This document shows, piece by piece, positions 1 through 9,858 of a DNA stretch of 64,000 nucleotides (its first letter is position 1; the number at the start of each line of letters is the position of its first letter). Made by a program: the position numbers and the translations under genes. The notes beneath the pieces were generated by a model. The model worked only from the letters and a program-made list of their open reading frames with translations. It did no database searches and was not told where the DNA came from. Source of the stretch: an uncultured Gemmatimonadales bacterium (lineage in GTDB: Bacteria; Gemmatimonadota; Gemmatimonadetes; Longimicrobiales; Longimicrobiaceae). The stretch lies in contig OY970303.1 in NCBI GenBank assembly GCA_963716255.1, positions 4,416,001 through 4,480,000 on the forward strand, given 5' to 3'.

Positions 1-2288
1 AGGTTCTCGCGGACGATTTGGGTGTTCGGGTGATCCGGGCCGTAGGACGCGTCGAAGATCTTCAGTGCCCGTTCGAATAGCTTCCGCGCCTGCGCCAGCT
101 CTCCGAGGTCTCTAAGCACACCGCCAAGGTTGCTGACGTCGATTGCTACGTACGGATGATCCGACCCGTAATACGCCTCGTCAATTTTTTGCGCCCGCTC
201 AAATAGTGTACGAGCCTCCGGCAGTTCTCCAAGATTTTGGAGGACGGATCCGAGATTGTTGATACGGATTGCGATATTCGGGTGATCTGGACCGTATGCA
301 TCCTCATCAATCATCAGCGCTCTCTCGAGTAAATTCCGTGCTTTCTTTAATTGTCTGAGAGCCATGAGCACGTTGCCGAGGTTGTTCATGACAATTGCTA
401 CGTATGGATGCTTGGGTCCACGGGACACCTTTAAAATTTTCAACGCCCTTACCAATAGTTTCCGTGCTCCAGTTGCGTCACCAAGCTCAAGGAGTACGCG
501 GCCAAGATTGTTGAGGCTGAGCCCTACAATCGGGTGATTTGGACCATATATCGTCTCGAAGGTTTCCAGTGCCTCCTCATTAAAGGTCTTCGCCCCAACG
601 AAATCTCCTCGACCTCGCAGGTACATAGCCGATTCAGAGAGCAGTTCCGCAGCCAAGCTCAATCCCGCTCTTTCGGCTTTGCAATGAGCAACAACAATGG
701 TTGCATGAGCGAACAGACGGACGCAGACAGGCCATGTTCTTACGTCGTCGCTATTGCTGGGGAAGGCCTTGCGAACCATGCCAACAGCCGATTCAACCCA
801 GACCTGTTTGTTGCCTTCGCTCATCCGGTCCCGCACCACTACCTGTACCAGTCGATGAACTGAAAGCGTGTTTCCGGTGCGTTTGACAAGTGAGTGCCGA
901 CGCAGAGCTGAGATGGCGTTATCGAATGCTAGATCATCCTCTACCACGCTGGCGAGAGGTTCAGATCGCTTATCCTTCCCGCCGCGGATGACCTCTAGTG
1001 GAATGTCGTCGGGCGCGAGGAACGCGCATAGGCTGAGGAGATCAGCTGCGGCCGGGGATTGTTCTCGTACCTTCGTGAAGGAAATCTCCCAGGTGGTCTC
1101 TACCGTATCCGGATAATCCAGGGACGGATCGCCTCGCCGGAGAATCTCCTGTTGGTGTTTGCGGAAGAGGTCCAGGTATTCGGAAATCGAGCTGCCATGT
1201 GCTTCGATGTACGCCGCCGCCTGTTCGATTGCGAGCGGAAGCCACCCAAGCTCTTCAACAAGTTCCCTCGCCGCTGGCTCGTCCTCCTGCCCCGAGCGCC
1301 TGTGCAGGAACTCGATTGCGTCTTCAGGGCCGAGGGTGCCCACCGGTAGTGGATTGGCGACGCTGCGCCAGTCTGGTCTGCGTGACGTGATGATCACGTG
1401 CCCGCTACTCCCGGCGAGCAGGTACGGCCGGATCTCCTCCGGACTCTCTGCATTGTCGAAGACGAGAAGCCAGCCGTGGCTCGTGGCGAGCCAGTCCTTC
1501 ACGGCTTGGACCGCAGCCTGCTGATCGGCTTCCGCTTCCGACAGGCCCAGTTTTGCCGCGAGGAGGGCGTATTCGCCCGCGAGTGTGGCGGGATCTTCCG
1601 CGCGGAGCCACCACACCAGCTCGTACTCCCCGGCGTAGCGGTAGGCATACTCCACGGCTGTCTGCGTCTTGCCGATGCCGCCAAGGCCATGCAGGGCCGT
1701 CAACGCCGAATGGTGCCCCGCCTGGAGCTGAGCGCGCAACGTGGAGAGCAGTTCCACACGTCCAGTGAAGTTGCGGTTCCGGTTGTGGGGAACGTTCCAG
1801 ATGCGAGGCAGCGAGCCCGGAAATCGCGGCTGCTCCTTGATCGCGCGTCCTGCGGTGGGGGGAAAGGCTGGCTTCTTCTTGGGCTTCCCCCGCCCTTTCC
1901 GGACGCCGTCCAGCACCAGTTCCCGACTGGCGGCTTCGTCGTGCACGCCTACGAAGTCGATGTAGACAATCTGCCCCAGCAGCCCGGAAATATCCGCCTC
2001 GCGCACGCGGACCGGGACCAGCTTGCGATCCTTACCTGTCGGGTCTCCCGCAAACGCTGCAGCCCATTCGGAAGCCGTGAATCCTGATTTGATGAAGTCG
2101 GGCGAGAGGATGGCGACGACGCGCTCCGCCTGCTTCAACCCTTCGTTCATCTCCAGGGCGAAGTTGGAGCCGGGCCGGAAGTCCCACGCCTGGATCACCA
2201 CGGAATAGTCGGCTTCCTCCAGCTCCCAGGCGATCCACTCCGCCCAGGTCCGGTCGGCCTTGTTGTAGCTGATGAAAAAGTCTTTCAT
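1..2288 (-). CDS. TIR - NB-ARC (STAND NTPase) - TPR protein; 3' end runs off the window
   Basis: Absent from the ORF track (no stop in window). Segments translated by hand in one frame from ATG 2288: MKDFFISYNKADRTWAEWIAWELE (TIR_2), SGFTASEW, RNRNFTGR, P-loop GLGGIGKT, and TPRs such as YGPDHPNTQIVRENL at the window edge. Not every codon was checked. Confidence 0.9.
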   Translation of the reverse strand, partial: MKDFFISYNKADRTWAEWIAWELEEADYSVVIQAWDFRPGSNFALEMNEGLKQAERVVAILSPDFIKSGFTASEWAAAFAGDPTGKDRKLVPVRVREADISGLLGQIVYIDFVGVHDEAASRELVLDGVRKGRGKPKKKPAFPPTAGRAIKEQPRFPGSLPRIWNVPHNRNRNFTGRVELLSTLRAQLQAGHHSALTALHGLGGIGKTQTAVEYAYRYAGEYELVWWLRAEDPATLAGEYALLAAKLGLSEAEADQQAAVQAVKDWLATSHGWLLVFDNAESPEEIRPYLLAGSSGHVIITSRRPDWRSVANPLPVGTLGPEDAIEFLHRRSGQEDEPAARELVEELGWLPLAIEQAAAYIEAHGSSISEYLDLFRKHQQEILRRGDPSLDYPDTVETTWEISFTKVREQSPAAADLLSLCAFLAPDDIPLEVIRGGKDKRSEPLASVVEDDLAFDNAISALRRHSLVKRTGNTLSVHRLVQVVVRDRMSEGNKQVWVESAVGMVRKAFPSNSDDVRTWPVCVRLFAHATIVVAHCKAERAGLSLAAELLSESAMYLRGRGDFVGAKTFNEEALETFETIYGPNHPIVGLSLNNLGRVLLELGDATGARKLLVRALKILKVSRGPKHPYVAIVMNNLGNVLMALRQLKKARNLLERALMIDEDAYGPDHPNIAIRINNLGSVLQNLGELPEARTLFERAQKIDEAYYGSDHPYVAIDVSNLGGVLRDLGELAQARKLFERALKIFDASYGPDHPNTQIVREN

Positions 2289-2486
2289 GGATCTAAATGG
2301 GCGCGTCCTCGAATCCGTACTCGACGCGCAAGATAGTGACCGCGGTGCCCCGCAGAACAGGAGAGTTTTACAAGACACAATCCGGTCTGGAGCGGCACGA
2401 AGCCCCCCACCACACCGGGTGAGGGGCTTCGATGATCGTGCCAGCGAGGAGGAGCATCCGCGTCGAGCGGCGCCCGCGCGAAATCC

Positions 2487-5141
2487 TCAGTCCGCCCGCA
2501 GCGCCACCGTCGGGTCGACGCGCGCCGCGCACCAGGCAGGCACCAGGCTCGCCGCCACCGCCGCCGCCAGCAGCACCGCCGGGGCGATCACGTGCACGGC
2601 CGGGTCCGTGGGCCGCACCGCGTACAGCAGCCCGGAGAGCGCGTGCCCCATGGCGAGCGCCAGCACGCTCCCCACCGCCACCCCGGCCAGTGCCGGCCCC
2701 GTCCCCTGGCGCACCACCAGCCACAACACCCCCGGCGTCCGCGCCCCCAGCGCCACCCGCAGCCCAATCTCGCGCGTCCGCTGGCTCACCGTGAAGGCCA
2801 CCACCCCGTATACCCCCAGCGACGCGAGCAGCAGCGCCGCCCCGCCGAAGAGCCCCACCAGCACCAGGCTGAAGCGCATCCGCCCCATGGACCCGTCCAC
2901 CCGCTCGCGCATGGTGCGCACGTCCGCCAGCGGCAGGTCCGGGTCCAGCCGGCGCAGCGCCGCCGCCACCGGGCCCGCCAGCGCTGCGGGCGGCCCGGAG
3001 CCGCGCACCGCCACGTACAGCGTGCGCGCCCCCGCGTACTGCGGGTAGGGGCGGTACACCGTTTCCCGCGGCGCCTCGCTCATCTCCGCGTGGCGCACCC
3101 CCCGCACCACCCCCACCACCGTCAGCGGCTCGTCCGAGCGGATCCAGCGGATGCGCTTTCCCACCGCGCTCTCCCCGGGCCACAGCCGGCGCGCCAGCGT
3201 CTCGTCCACGATCGCCGCCGGGGGCGCGTGGTCGTCGTCCGCGGGCGCGAAGGCGCGGCCTGCGAGGAGAGGGATCCCCATCGCCGCGAAGTAGCCGGGG
3301 CTCACCCCGCGCAGGTCCGCCTGCACCACGTCCTCCGGCCCCGGCCGGTCCTCCCGCGCGAAGCCGCTCCCCAGGTACGCCCCGCTCAGCGGGAGATGCG
3401 TGACCACCCCCGCCGCCCGCACCCCGGGCAGCTCCCCGATCCGCGCCGCCGCCTCGTCCACGAAGCGGCCGCGCGCCTCGCCGGAACCGTACCGCTCCCC
3501 CGCGAGCCCCAGCCGGAAGCTCAGCACCCCGCCCGCCTGGAAGCCCGCCGGCGCCTCGCCCAGGCGCAGGAAGCTCCGGGCGAGGAGCCCGGTGGACACC
3601 AGCAGCGCCAGGGCGAGCGCCACCTCCGCGGCCACCAGCAGCCCCCGCGCGCCGCTCCGGCCCGCGGTGGAGCTCCGCCCTCCGGCGTGGAGCCGGTCCG
3701 CCGGCGCCCCCCGCGACGCCAATGCGGCCGGCAGCGCGCCGCAGAGCAGCGTCGCCGCCGCCGAGACCAGCGCCGCGAACGCCAGCACCTGCCCGTCCAC
3801 CGACACCTCCGCCAGCCGGGGGAGGTCAGCGGGGCCGAGCGCGCGCGCCGCCCGCACCAGCAGCGCCGCCAGCGCCACGCCGCCCGCCCCGCCGGCCAGC
3901 GCCAGCAGCAGGCTCTCGGCCAGGAGCTGCTGGAGCAGGCGCCCACGGCCGGCGCCCAGCGCCGCGCGCACCGTCAGCTCGCGCGCGCGGACCGCGTTGC
4001 GGGCGAGCAGCAGGCTGGCGACGTTGGCGCAGACGATGAGCAGGAGCAGGACGGACGCCGCCAGCAGGAGGGTGAGGGCGGGGCGGATCCCCCGCACCAC
4101 GTGCTCGTGGTACGGCACGGCCGCCAGCCCCCACCCCGGCTCGCGGTACGCGTCCGGGTGCTCGCGGAGGAGCCGGCGGCCGAGCGCCGCCACGTCCGCC
4201 CGCGCCTGGGCCGGCGTGGCTCCGCCGCGCAGCCGGGCGAGGACGTGCAGGTGGTGCACGTCGCGACCCAGCAGGAACCCCTGGAGCGTGGGCTCCAGCG
4301 GCACGTACACGTCCACCTCGCGCGGGAACACCGGGCTGGGCGCCGGGAGCGCGAAGCCGCGCGGGAGCACGCCGGCGACGGTGTAGACCTCGCCGTCGAG
4401 CGCCAGCGGGCGGCCCACCACGCCCGGGTCGGATCCGAAGCTCCGCCGCCAGAAGCCGTGGCCCAGGAGCACCGCGCGCGCCGCGCCCGGGCGGTCGTCC
4501 TCCGGGCCGAGGACGCGCCCCGCCTCCGGCCGCACCCGGAGCATGGGGAACAGGCTGGACGACACCGCCAGCGCCTCCACGGCCTCGGGGCGGTCCAGGC
4601 CGGTGGCGTTGAAGCGCAGGTCGCGCAGGGCGGCCACCTCGCCCAGGCTGCCGGCGGAGGCCCGGAGGTCCTGGTATTCGGGCCAGGAGATCCACCCCTC
4701 TTCCCCGGGCGCCTCGTCGCTGCGGCTCCACACCAGCACCAGCCCCTCCGACTCCGGGAGCGCGAGCGGCCGCAGCAGCACCGAGCGCACCAGCCCGAAC
4801 ACCGCGGTGGAGGCGCCGATCCCCAGCGCCAGCACCCCCACGGCCACCAGGGCGAAGACGGGCGAGCGGCGGAGGACGCGGGTCCCGTAGCGCAGGTCCT
4901 GCCACACGTCCTCCAGCCGGCGCGGGCGCAGCTCGTCGCGCGCCTCCTCGCGGACCCGCTCGCCGCTCCCGAAGCTCAGCGCCGCCGCCCGCCGCGCCTC
5001 GTCCGGGGCCATCCCCAGCCGCAGGTTCTCCTCCGTCTGCCGCTCCACGTGGAAGCGGATCTCCTCGTCCAGGCGGTCGTCCAGCTCGGCGCGGCGTCGC
5101 AGGGCGTCCAGCCGGCGCCACCACTCGCGGGGGGTGCTCAT
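2487..5141 (-). CDS. ABC transporter permease, duplicated MacB/FtsX (ADOP family)
   Basis: 884 aa; LDEEIRFH permease prefix, QDLRYGTR, LALGIGA, two R-x-RE-x-x-(V/L)R-x-ALGA FtsX motifs, ends VDPTVALRAD. Confidence 0.93.
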   Translation of the reverse strand: MSTPREWWRRLDALRRRAELDDRLDEEIRFHVERQTEENLRLGMAPDEARRAAALSFGSGERVREEARDELRPRRLEDVWQDLRYGTRVLRRSPVFALVAVGVLALGIGASTAVFGLVRSVLLRPLALPESEGLVLVWSRSDEAPGEEGWISWPEYQDLRASAGSLGEVAALRDLRFNATGLDRPEAVEALAVSSSLFPMLRVRPEAGRVLGPEDDRPGAARAVLLGHGFWRRSFGSDPGVVGRPLALDGEVYTVAGVLPRGFALPAPSPVFPREVDVYVPLEPTLQGFLLGRDVHHLHVLARLRGGATPAQARADVAALGRRLLREHPDAYREPGWGLAAVPYHEHVVRGIRPALTLLLAASVLLLLIVCANVASLLLARNAVRARELTVRAALGAGRGRLLQQLLAESLLLALAGGAGGVALAALLVRAARALGPADLPRLAEVSVDGQVLAFAALVSAAATLLCGALPAALASRGAPADRLHAGGRSSTAGRSGARGLLVAAEVALALALLVSTGLLARSFLRLGEAPAGFQAGGVLSFRLGLAGERYGSGEARGRFVDEAAARIGELPGVRAAGVVTHLPLSGAYLGSGFAREDRPGPEDVVQADLRGVSPGYFAAMGIPLLAGRAFAPADDDHAPPAAIVDETLARRLWPGESAVGKRIRWIRSDEPLTVVGVVRGVRHAEMSEAPRETVYRPYPQYAGARTLYVAVRGSGPPAALAGPVAAALRRLDPDLPLADVRTMRERVDGSMGRMRFSLVLVGLFGGAALLLASLGVYGVVAFTVSQRTREIGLRVALGARTPGVLWLVVRQGTGPALAGVAVGSVLALAMGHALSGLLYAVRPTDPAVHVIAPAVLLAAAVAASLVPAWCAARVDPTVALRAD

Positions 5142-5151
5142 GGGGGGCTCG

Positions 5152-5496
5152 TCAGGGGGTGGGGACGGCCAGGACCAGGCCGATGGCGCGGGACAGGCGC
5201 TCCCAGGTGCGCAGCTCTTCCGCGAACCGGCCGCGGCCCGCCTCCGTGAGCGCGTAGTAGCGCGCCCGCCGGTTGTTCTCGGTGGTGCGCCACTCGGACG
5301 CGATCCAGCCCTGGCGCTCCAGCCGGTAGAGCGCCGGGTACAGGGATCCCTGGCCCACCTGGAGCACGTCCCCGGACCACTGCTGGATGCGCTCGGTGAT
5401 CCCCCAGCCGTGCATGGGCTCCAGCAGCAGCGCCTTGAGCACCAGCATGTCCAGCGTGCCCTGCAGCAGCTCCTGCCTGCGCGTCTCGTCCGCCAT
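5152..5496 (-). CDS. PadR family transcriptional regulator (ADOP-associated type)
   Basis: LLQGTLDMLVLKAL...HGWGI...GSLYPALYRLE...NNRRARYY; directly upstream of the permease. Confidence 0.95.
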   Translation of the reverse strand: MADETRRQELLQGTLDMLVLKALLLEPMHGWGITERIQQWSGDVLQVGQGSLYPALYRLERQGWIASEWRTTENNRRARYYALTEAGRGRFAEELRTWERLSRAIGLVLAVPTP

Positions 5497-5505
5497 TGCC
5501 GTGTC

Positions 5506-5563
5506 TCTCCTTTCGAATGACGAAAGAAGAATGCGTGCGTCTCCTTTCGAATGTCAAGGGGAG
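5506..5563 (-). promoter_or_regulatory. sigma70-type promoter overlapped by two candidate PadR operators
   Basis: Minus-strand TTGACA (5557-5552) - N18 - CATTCT; inverted repeat CTTTCG-N5-CGAAAG (5510-5526) and related CTTTCG-N5-CAAGGG (5544-5560). Confidence 0.65.
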
Positions 5564-5576
5564 AGATCCGGGAGCC

Positions 5577-6170
5577 TCAGAAGCCGCTGTTGCGCGTCCT
5601 CACCAGGGTCTCGATCTCGAAGGCGATGGATTCCGGGGTGCGCGTGTCGGCGGGGATGTTGAGGTCCGCGCGCTCGTACAGGGGGATGCGCTCCGACAGC
5701 ATCTGCGCGATCATCCCGGCCGGGTCCGGGTGGTCGCGGAAGGGACGGTCGATGGTGTCGGTGCGCAGCCGGCGCACCGTTTCCTCGGGGGACACCTGGA
5801 GCCACACCGCCAGCGTCCCCGGCCCCAGCGCGGAAAGGAACTCGGGCCGCGTGATCCACCCGCCCCCCGGCGCCAGCACCAGCCGCTCCGCCCGCGCCGC
5901 CTCGCCGGTGAGCGCCGCCTCCAGCTCGCGGAAGTGGTCCTCGCCGGCCGCCGCGATGATCTGCTGCACCGTGGCGCCGCCGCGCCGCTCGATCTCCACG
6001 TCGAAGTCCAGGTAGCCCCACTCCAGCCGCCGGGCGAGCGCCTGGCCCACCGTGCTCTTGCCGGAGCACATGTAGCCCAGCAGGACCACGCGGCCGATCG
6101 CCAGGCGCGGGCGCGGCGCGGCGCCGGCGTCGCTCGGGGGAAAGGAAACCTCGTTGAGGGCGGTGGACAC
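5577..6170 (-). CDS. aroK: Shikimate kinase
   Basis: LLGYMCSGKSTVG P-loop, DFD, GEDHFRELE, GGG, RPF motifs; GTG start with GGAG RBS assumed. Confidence 0.9.
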   Translation of the reverse strand: MSTALNEVSFPPSDAGAAPRPRLAIGRVVLLGYMCSGKSTVGQALARRLEWGYLDFDVEIERRGGATVQQIIAAAGEDHFRELEAALTGEAARAERLVLAPGGGWITRPEFLSALGPGTLAVWLQVSPEETVRRLRTDTIDRPFRDHPDPAGMIAQMLSERIPLYERADLNIPADTRTPESIAFEIETLVRTRNSGF

Positions 6171-6393
6171 GCGGTTCTCCTGCTGCGGGTGTGGTTTGGC
6201 CGTGGGCGGCGGCGCCGCTACCTTGCACGTCGCGGGCCCCGGCCCCACCTTCCCCTGCCGCGCGGCGGCGCCCCCGGACGTGGACGGCCCTGTCCGCACC
6301 ACCACCGCAGCTCCCCCCGGCACCGATCCCGAAGATTCGCCGAACCGCGCCCCCGCTCAGGTGTACCACGGGAGCTGTTTCTGGACTGTGGCG

Positions 6394-6520
6394 CCCTCAC
6401 CCGGTGCGCTTGAGGCTCGCGACCCTCTTCCAATCCTTGGAGAGAGGGCTGAACCGCGGGAGCTCCGTGTAGTTCTCCCCCTCTCCCGCTTGCGGGGGAG
6501 GGGGCCGGGGGGAGGGGGCC
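6394..6520. repeat. REP-like palindromic repeat cluster (family 3)
   Basis: CCCTCACCCGG..GCTTGAGGCTCGC..CCCTC and CCCTCTCCC-loop-GGG(G/A)GAGGG hairpins; related copies near 23366, 34086 and 57220. Confidence 0.75.
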
Positions 6521-6524
6521 TGTC

Positions 6525-6653
6525 GCGTGAGGGATTCCGGCCCGAAGGGGCGAGACCGCGCGGCTGTTTGCGCGGGCTCGACTCCGTTGGCGAGCGTTGT
6601 TTGCTCGCTTACGGAGCCGAAGCCCGACCCCGGCGCCAGCCGGGGACACGCCC
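6525..6653 (+). repeat. Structured intergenic repeat family 1, copy 1 (129 bp)
   Basis: GCGTGAGGGATT...GGCCCGAAGGGGCGAGAC...CTCCGTT...ACGGAGCCGAAGCCCGACCCCGGCGCCAGCCGGGG..CACGCCC; near-identical copies elsewhere in the window. Confidence 0.95.
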
Positions 6654-6727
6654 AAGCCCGCAGTTGCCGTCCAGTGCAGTTGAATTCGCCAGCGACGACC
6701 TAGACGAGAGCCGAGAGACGAACGAGA

Positions 6728-9400
6728 ATGAGCATGGCGAAGCAGCGGGACCGGGTGCTCCCGCGGCTGATCGAGGAGGAGATGCGGGAGTCCTTCCTGG
6801 ACTACTCGATGAGCGTGATCGTGCAGCGGGCGCTGCCGGACGTGCGCGACGGGCTGAAGCCGGTGCACCGGCGCATCCTGTTCGCCATGCACGAGGCCGG
6901 CCTTTCCCCCGCGCGGCCGTACAAGAAGAGCGCGACCGTGGTGGGCGACGTGCTGGGCAAGTACCACCCGCACGGCGACGCCAGCGTGTACGACGCGCTC
7001 GTGCGCATGGTGCAGGACTTTTCGCTGCGCTACCCGCTGGTGGACGGGCAGGGCAACTTCGGAAGCATCGACGGCGACCCGGCGGCGGCGTACCGCTACA
7101 CCGAGGCCCGCCTGTCGCCCGTGGCCACGGAGATGCTGGCGGACATCGACCGCGACACCGTCGACTTCGCACCCAACTTCGACGACCGGCTGCGGGAGCC
7201 CAGGGTGCTCCCCTCGCGCATCCCCAGCCTTCTGGTGAACGGCAGCTCGGGGATCGCGGTGGGGATGAGCACCAACATCCCGCCCCACAACCTGCGCGAG
7301 ACGGTGGCGGCGGCCATCCACCTGCTGGACCACCCGGAGTGCACCCTCGACGACCTGATGGTTCACCTCCCGGGGCCGGACTTTCCCACGGGCGGGACCA
7401 TCGTGGGGCGGCAGGGGATCCGCGACGCGTACGAGAAGGGGCGCGGGCGGGTGGTGATGCGGGCGCGCGTGATCCGCGAGCAGAAGCGCGGCGGGCGCGA
7501 GCAGCTGGTGTTCACCGAGATCCCGTACGGCACCAACAAGGCGCGCATCATCGAGCAGGTGGCGGAGCTGGCGAAGGCGGGCAAGCTCCCCGACGTGTCG
7601 GACCTGCGCGACGAGTCGGACCGCGACGGCATCCGCATGGTGGTGGAGCTGAAGCGTGGCGGCGACGCCCTGAAGACGCTGAACGGCCTGTTCAAGTGGA
7701 CCACGCTGCAGACCACCTTCGGCGTGATCACGCTGGCGCTGGACGGCGGGGTGCCGCGCGAGTTCAAGCTCAAGGAGCTGCTGGAGCGCTACCGCGACCA
7801 CCGGGTGCAGGTGGTGGTGCGGCGTTCGCGCTGGGAGCTGGAAAAGGCGCGCGACCAGGCGCACGTGCTGGAGGGGCTGATCGTCGCGCTGCGCAAGATC
7901 GACCTGGTGGTGAAGCTGATCCGCTCGTCGCGCACCCGCGAGACCGCCGCCGACAAGCTCCGGAAGGAGCTGAAGCTCTCGGAGCGGCAGGCGGAGGCCA
8001 TCCTCAACATGCGCCTGTCGCGCCTCACGGCGCTGGAAAGCAAGGAGCTCAAGGACCGCCTGGCGGAGCTCCAGGCGAGCATCGTGGAGCTGGAGGCGAT
8101 CCTGGCCAGCCCGGAGCGTCAGGTGGCGGTGGTGCGCGGCGAGCTGGCGGAGCTGGCGGAAAAGTACGGCGACGCGCGGCGCACGGTCATCATCGAATCG
8201 GAAAAGACCTTTTCGCTGGAGGACCTGGTCGCCGAGGAGGAGGTGGTGGTGGTGGTGAGCCGCGAGGGCTTCGTGAAGCAGGTGCCCATGGGGCTCTTCC
8301 GGCGGCGGAGCAGCTCGGGCAAGGTGCTCGCGGGGATGGAGCGCTACGAGAGCGACTACCTGGAGCACGTGTTCGTGTCCAGCACGGGGAGCACGCTCCT
8401 GTTCTTCACGGACGACGGACGGGTGCACTGGCTCCCGGTGGCGGAGATCCCGGAGGCGGGGCGGGCCTCGCGCGGCAAGGCGGTGCACCAGGTCCTGGGC
8501 CTCCAGCGCAAGACGCAGGTGGCGGCGATGCTGGCGGCGACGGAGTACCCGGAGGACCGCTTCCTGGTGTTCGCCACGGCGGACGGGACGGTGAAGCGGA
8601 CGTCGCTGGACCAGTACGGCCGGCCGCGCGAGGGGGGGATCGAGGCGGTGTCGGTGAAGCCGGGCGACCGGCTGGTGGACGTGCAGATGACGGACGGCTC
8701 GGGCGACGTGGTGCTGGGCACCAGCGCGGGCCGGGCGATCCGCTTCCCGGAGGCGGAGATCCCGCTGATGGGCCGCGTGTCGCAGGGGGTGCGCGGGGTG
8801 AAGCTGCGCCAGGACGAGACGCTGGTGGGGATGGTGGCGCTGCGCCGCGAGGGCGACCTGTGCCTGGTGACGGAGCGCGGATTCGCGAAGCGTGTGGCCA
8901 TGGACGACCTGCCGGTGCAGGGGCGCGGCGGCATCGGCAGCGTGGTGCTCCCCACCATGCGCGGCACCGGCAAGGTGGTCTCGGCGCGGGAGCTGCTCCC
9001 CGGCGAGGACCTGATGGCGGTGACGGCGGTGGGCCGCACCCTGCGCCTGCACGGCGACCAGGTGGTCCCCGGCGACCTGAAGACGCCGCCGGAGCCGGCG
9101 GCGGAGCTGTCCGGCCACGACCGGATCGTCGTCGTCACCCGGACCGCCGAGCCCCGCGTGGACCCCGACGCGCCCGACGAGCCGGACGCGGAGCTGGACG
9201 ACGCGGAAGCGCTTTCGCTGGAAGGGTTCGAGGCGGACGGCGCGGGGGAGGGCGGCGTCGGGGAGCCGGCCGTCGGCGAGGCGGAGGCTGGCGACGGAGG
9301 TGTGGAGGCCGGCGATGGAGGTGTGGAGGCCGCCGCCGCCCCGTCGGACGGCGGCGGGGGAGGCGACGGCGAGCTGGAGCTGGGGCTGTTCGGCGACTGA
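6728..9400 (+). CDS. gyrA: Type IIA topoisomerase subunit A (GyrA/ParC family); lacks a canonical GyrA box
   Basis: [33 protein letters not shown], catalytic [17 protein letters not shown]-terminal pinwheel, acidic tail. Confidence 0.9.
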   Translation: MSMAKQRDRVLPRLIEEEMRESFLDYSMSVIVQRALPDVRDGLKPVHRRILFAMHEAGLSPARPYKKSATVVGDVLGKYHPHGDASVYDALVRMVQDFSLRYPLVDGQGNFGSIDGDPAAAYRYTEARLSPVATEMLADIDRDTVDFAPNFDDRLREPRVLPSRIPSLLVNGSSGIAVGMSTNIPPHNLRETVAAAIHLLDHPECTLDDLMVHLPGPDFPTGGTIVGRQGIRDAYEKGRGRVVMRARVIREQKRGGREQLVFTEIPYGTNKARIIEQVAELAKAGKLPDVSDLRDESDRDGIRMVVELKRGGDALKTLNGLFKWTTLQTTFGVITLALDGGVPREFKLKELLERYRDHRVQVVVRRSRWELEKARDQAHVLEGLIVALRKIDLVVKLIRSSRTRETAADKLRKELKLSERQAEAILNMRLSRLTALESKELKDRLAELQASIVELEAILASPERQVAVVRGELAELAEKYGDARRTVIIESEKTFSLEDLVAEEEVVVVVSREGFVKQVPMGLFRRRSSSGKVLAGMERYESDYLEHVFVSSTGSTLLFFTDDGRVHWLPVAEIPEAGRASRGKAVHQVLGLQRKTQVAAMLAATEYPEDRFLVFATADGTVKRTSLDQYGRPREGGIEAVSVKPGDRLVDVQMTDGSGDVVLGTSAGRAIRFPEAEIPLMGRVSQGVRGVKLRQDETLVGMVALRREGDLCLVTERGFAKRVAMDDLPVQGRGGIGSVVLPTMRGTGKVVSARELLPGEDLMAVTAVGRTLRLHGDQVVPGDLKTPPEPAAELSGHDRIVVVTRTAEPRVDPDAPDEPDAELDDAEALSLEGFEADGAGEGGVGEPAVGEAEAGDGGVEAGDGGVEAAAAPSDGGGGGDGELELGLFGD

Positions 9401-9420
9401 CGCCGGATGCCCGGCGATGG

Positions 9421-9460
9421 AGGAGGGGCCGCGGTTCGTTCCGCGGCCCCTTGTCGTTTT
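9421..9460 (+). terminator. Probable intrinsic terminator hairpin
   Basis: AGGGGCCGCGG-loop-CCGCGGCCCCT followed by TGTCGTTTT. Confidence 0.55.
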
Positions 9461-9503
9461 CCCCTCTCGCGAGGCTCGGCCGCGACGAAGAGGATTGCGT
9501 TAT

Positions 9504-9531
9504 TTTGTTACCAAGGTATTTTAGTAACAAA
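9504..9531. promoter_or_regulatory. AT-rich inverted repeat, candidate operator
   Basis: TTTGTTAC-N12-GTAACAAA, about 33 bp upstream of a small putative DNA-binding gene. Confidence 0.6.
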
Positions 9532-9564
9532 TATCCACTCCACCCTCTCACTTGGTCGCTGCTC

Positions 9565-9858
9565 ATGTCGCCACAGGTCCCCGATCCGTCTTCCGGCCCT
9601 TTCGCCGTCGAGCGAGTCCAGACGGGAGTCAGGATGGAGAAGCGGATGATCAAGGTCCTCAAGGGGCTCGCGGAGTACCGCGACCTGTCCCTGGGCGACC
9701 TGCTGGAAGGGATCGTCCTGCACGCGTTCGAGAACCGGCCGCCGTTCAGCGCGGAAACGCTGGCGCGGATCGCCGCCCTCAAGGAGATCTACGGCATGGA
9801 CTACGGCACGGAAGCGAGTCACCGGCTCGTGGAAGGGCCGGAGGAGACTGGCCGGTGA
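9565..9858 (+). CDS. Small conserved protein, possible ribbon-helix-helix DNA-binding protein
   Basis: ERVQTGVRMEKRMIKVLKGLAEYRDLSLGDLLEGIVLHAF: beta-strand then two helices; C-terminal part of ORF 6154..9858. Confidence 0.75.
   Translation: MSPQVPDPSSGPFAVERVQTGVRMEKRMIKVLKGLAEYRDLSLGDLLEGIVLHAFENRPPFSAETLARIAALKEIYGMDYGTEASHRLVEGPEETGR

Noticed and set aside
534..2480. Plus-strand ORFs over the left end, and a suspected frameshift at the G-run near 1857-1862
   Set aside because: The ORFs are antisense to the TIR-NB-ARC-TPR gene, whose frame reads through the G-run and matches the frame at the window edge
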